A stretch of 64,000 nucleotides of DNA from Acidimicrobiales bacterium (lineage in GTDB: Bacteria > Actinomycetota > Acidimicrobiia > Acidimicrobiales > JACDCH01), in assembly GCA_051000215.1 (NCBI GenBank), contig JBPCON010000003.1, forward strand, positions 10,321-74,320. The letters run 5' to 3'. Numbering within the stretch: the first letter of the stretch is position 1; the number at the start of each line of letters is the position of its first letter. The notes beneath the pieces were generated by a model. The model was not told the DNA's origin and ran no database searches. It saw only the letters and a program-made list of their open reading frames with translations. The position numbers and the translations under genes were made by a program. Positions 63,774-64,000 of this stretch are shown here, piece by piece.

Positions 63774-64000
63774 CGCCTCGGCGGCCGCTGTCGCGATCTC
63801 CCTGGCCCACCGGTAGTCGGCCTTGCCGGCCGGCGAGCGCACCACCTTGTCGACGAACACGTACGCCTTCGGGAGCTTGAAGCGCGCGATGTGCTCGCCT
63901 GCTGTGGCAGAGAGCGACCCCTCATCGGGGGCAGCGCCTTCGGCGAGCTGCACGATCGCGATCACCTCGTTGCCCCACTTGTCGCTCGGGCGCCCGCACA
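63774..64000 (-). CDS. acyl-CoA synthetase (AMP-binding enzyme) C-terminal fragment; gene starts beyond window end; no nearby in-frame stop
   Basis: The minus frame of ORF 62394..63965 extends upstream to the window edge (RPSDKWGNEV-IAIVQL...). IARFKLPKAYVFVDKVVRSPAGKADY is the AMP-binding C-terminal signature. Only the homology-like part is annotated here. Confidence 0.55.

Overview
This window is a high-GC chromosomal core segment with actinobacterial gene content and order. All calls come from reading the sequence and the ORF track by eye; no searches were run.

Gene content, left to right:
- A two-component system whose histidine kinase runs off the 5' edge, then small housekeeping genes (IMPase, ltaE, PIG-L deacetylase, NUDIX, dinB).
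- A minus-strand MoxR / DUF58 / transglutaminase (TgpA-like) operon.
- ROK kinase, GT1 glycosyltransferase, HNH nuclease and a lipoate-ligase-like gene.
- A complete dcw cluster: mraZ-rsmH-ftsL-ftsI-murE-mraY-murD-ftsW-murG-murC-murB-ftsQ-ftsZ, with no murF or ddl.
- The ftsZ-downstream block pgeF-yggS-sepF-yggT-divIVA.
- A membrane protein with a histone-H1-like tail, an alpha/beta hydrolase, and ileS (minus strand).
- ddbA-like / lspA / rluD, an Rrf2 regulator, an alkaline-phosphatase-superfamily protein, the proteasome activator bpa, and dnaE.
- Several oxidoreductases, a patatin, a thioredoxin-domain protein, and a cupredoxin lipoprotein divergent from an ECF sigma / anti-sigma pair.
- A menaquinone cluster (menE, menA, menH, menD, DUF952, menF, menG), an acyl-CoA dehydrogenase, and the 3' end of an acyl-CoA synthetase.

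I saw no rRNA, tRNA, CRISPR array, transposase or integrase. Many long ORFs in the track are antisense or off-frame artefacts of the GC-rich sequence, and many real genes start well inside the listed ORF.

Observations most worth a second look:
1. A promoter plus four 10-bp-phased GTGG repeats upstream of mraZ, a likely MraZ operator.
2. The 280-bp mraZ-rsmH spacer. It holds a 90-nt T-free tract with an orphan Shine-Dalgarno (SD) sequence and a 25-bp long-range helix, possibly the known actinobacterial mraW leader motif.
3. A pgeF frame with no canonical start codon upstream of its catalytic-motif region.
4. Two proteins with Lys/Ala/Pro tandem-repeat tails flanking ileS, one membrane-anchored and one DksA-like.
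5. DnaA-box-like heptamers upstream of dnaE.
6. A DUF952 gene translationally coupled to menF.
7. An acyl-CoA synthetase frame that lacks a stop codon before a strong 19-bp hairpin.

I did not find a clearly novel multi-gene system. The region looks like ordinary core genome with a few unusual regulatory and architectural details.
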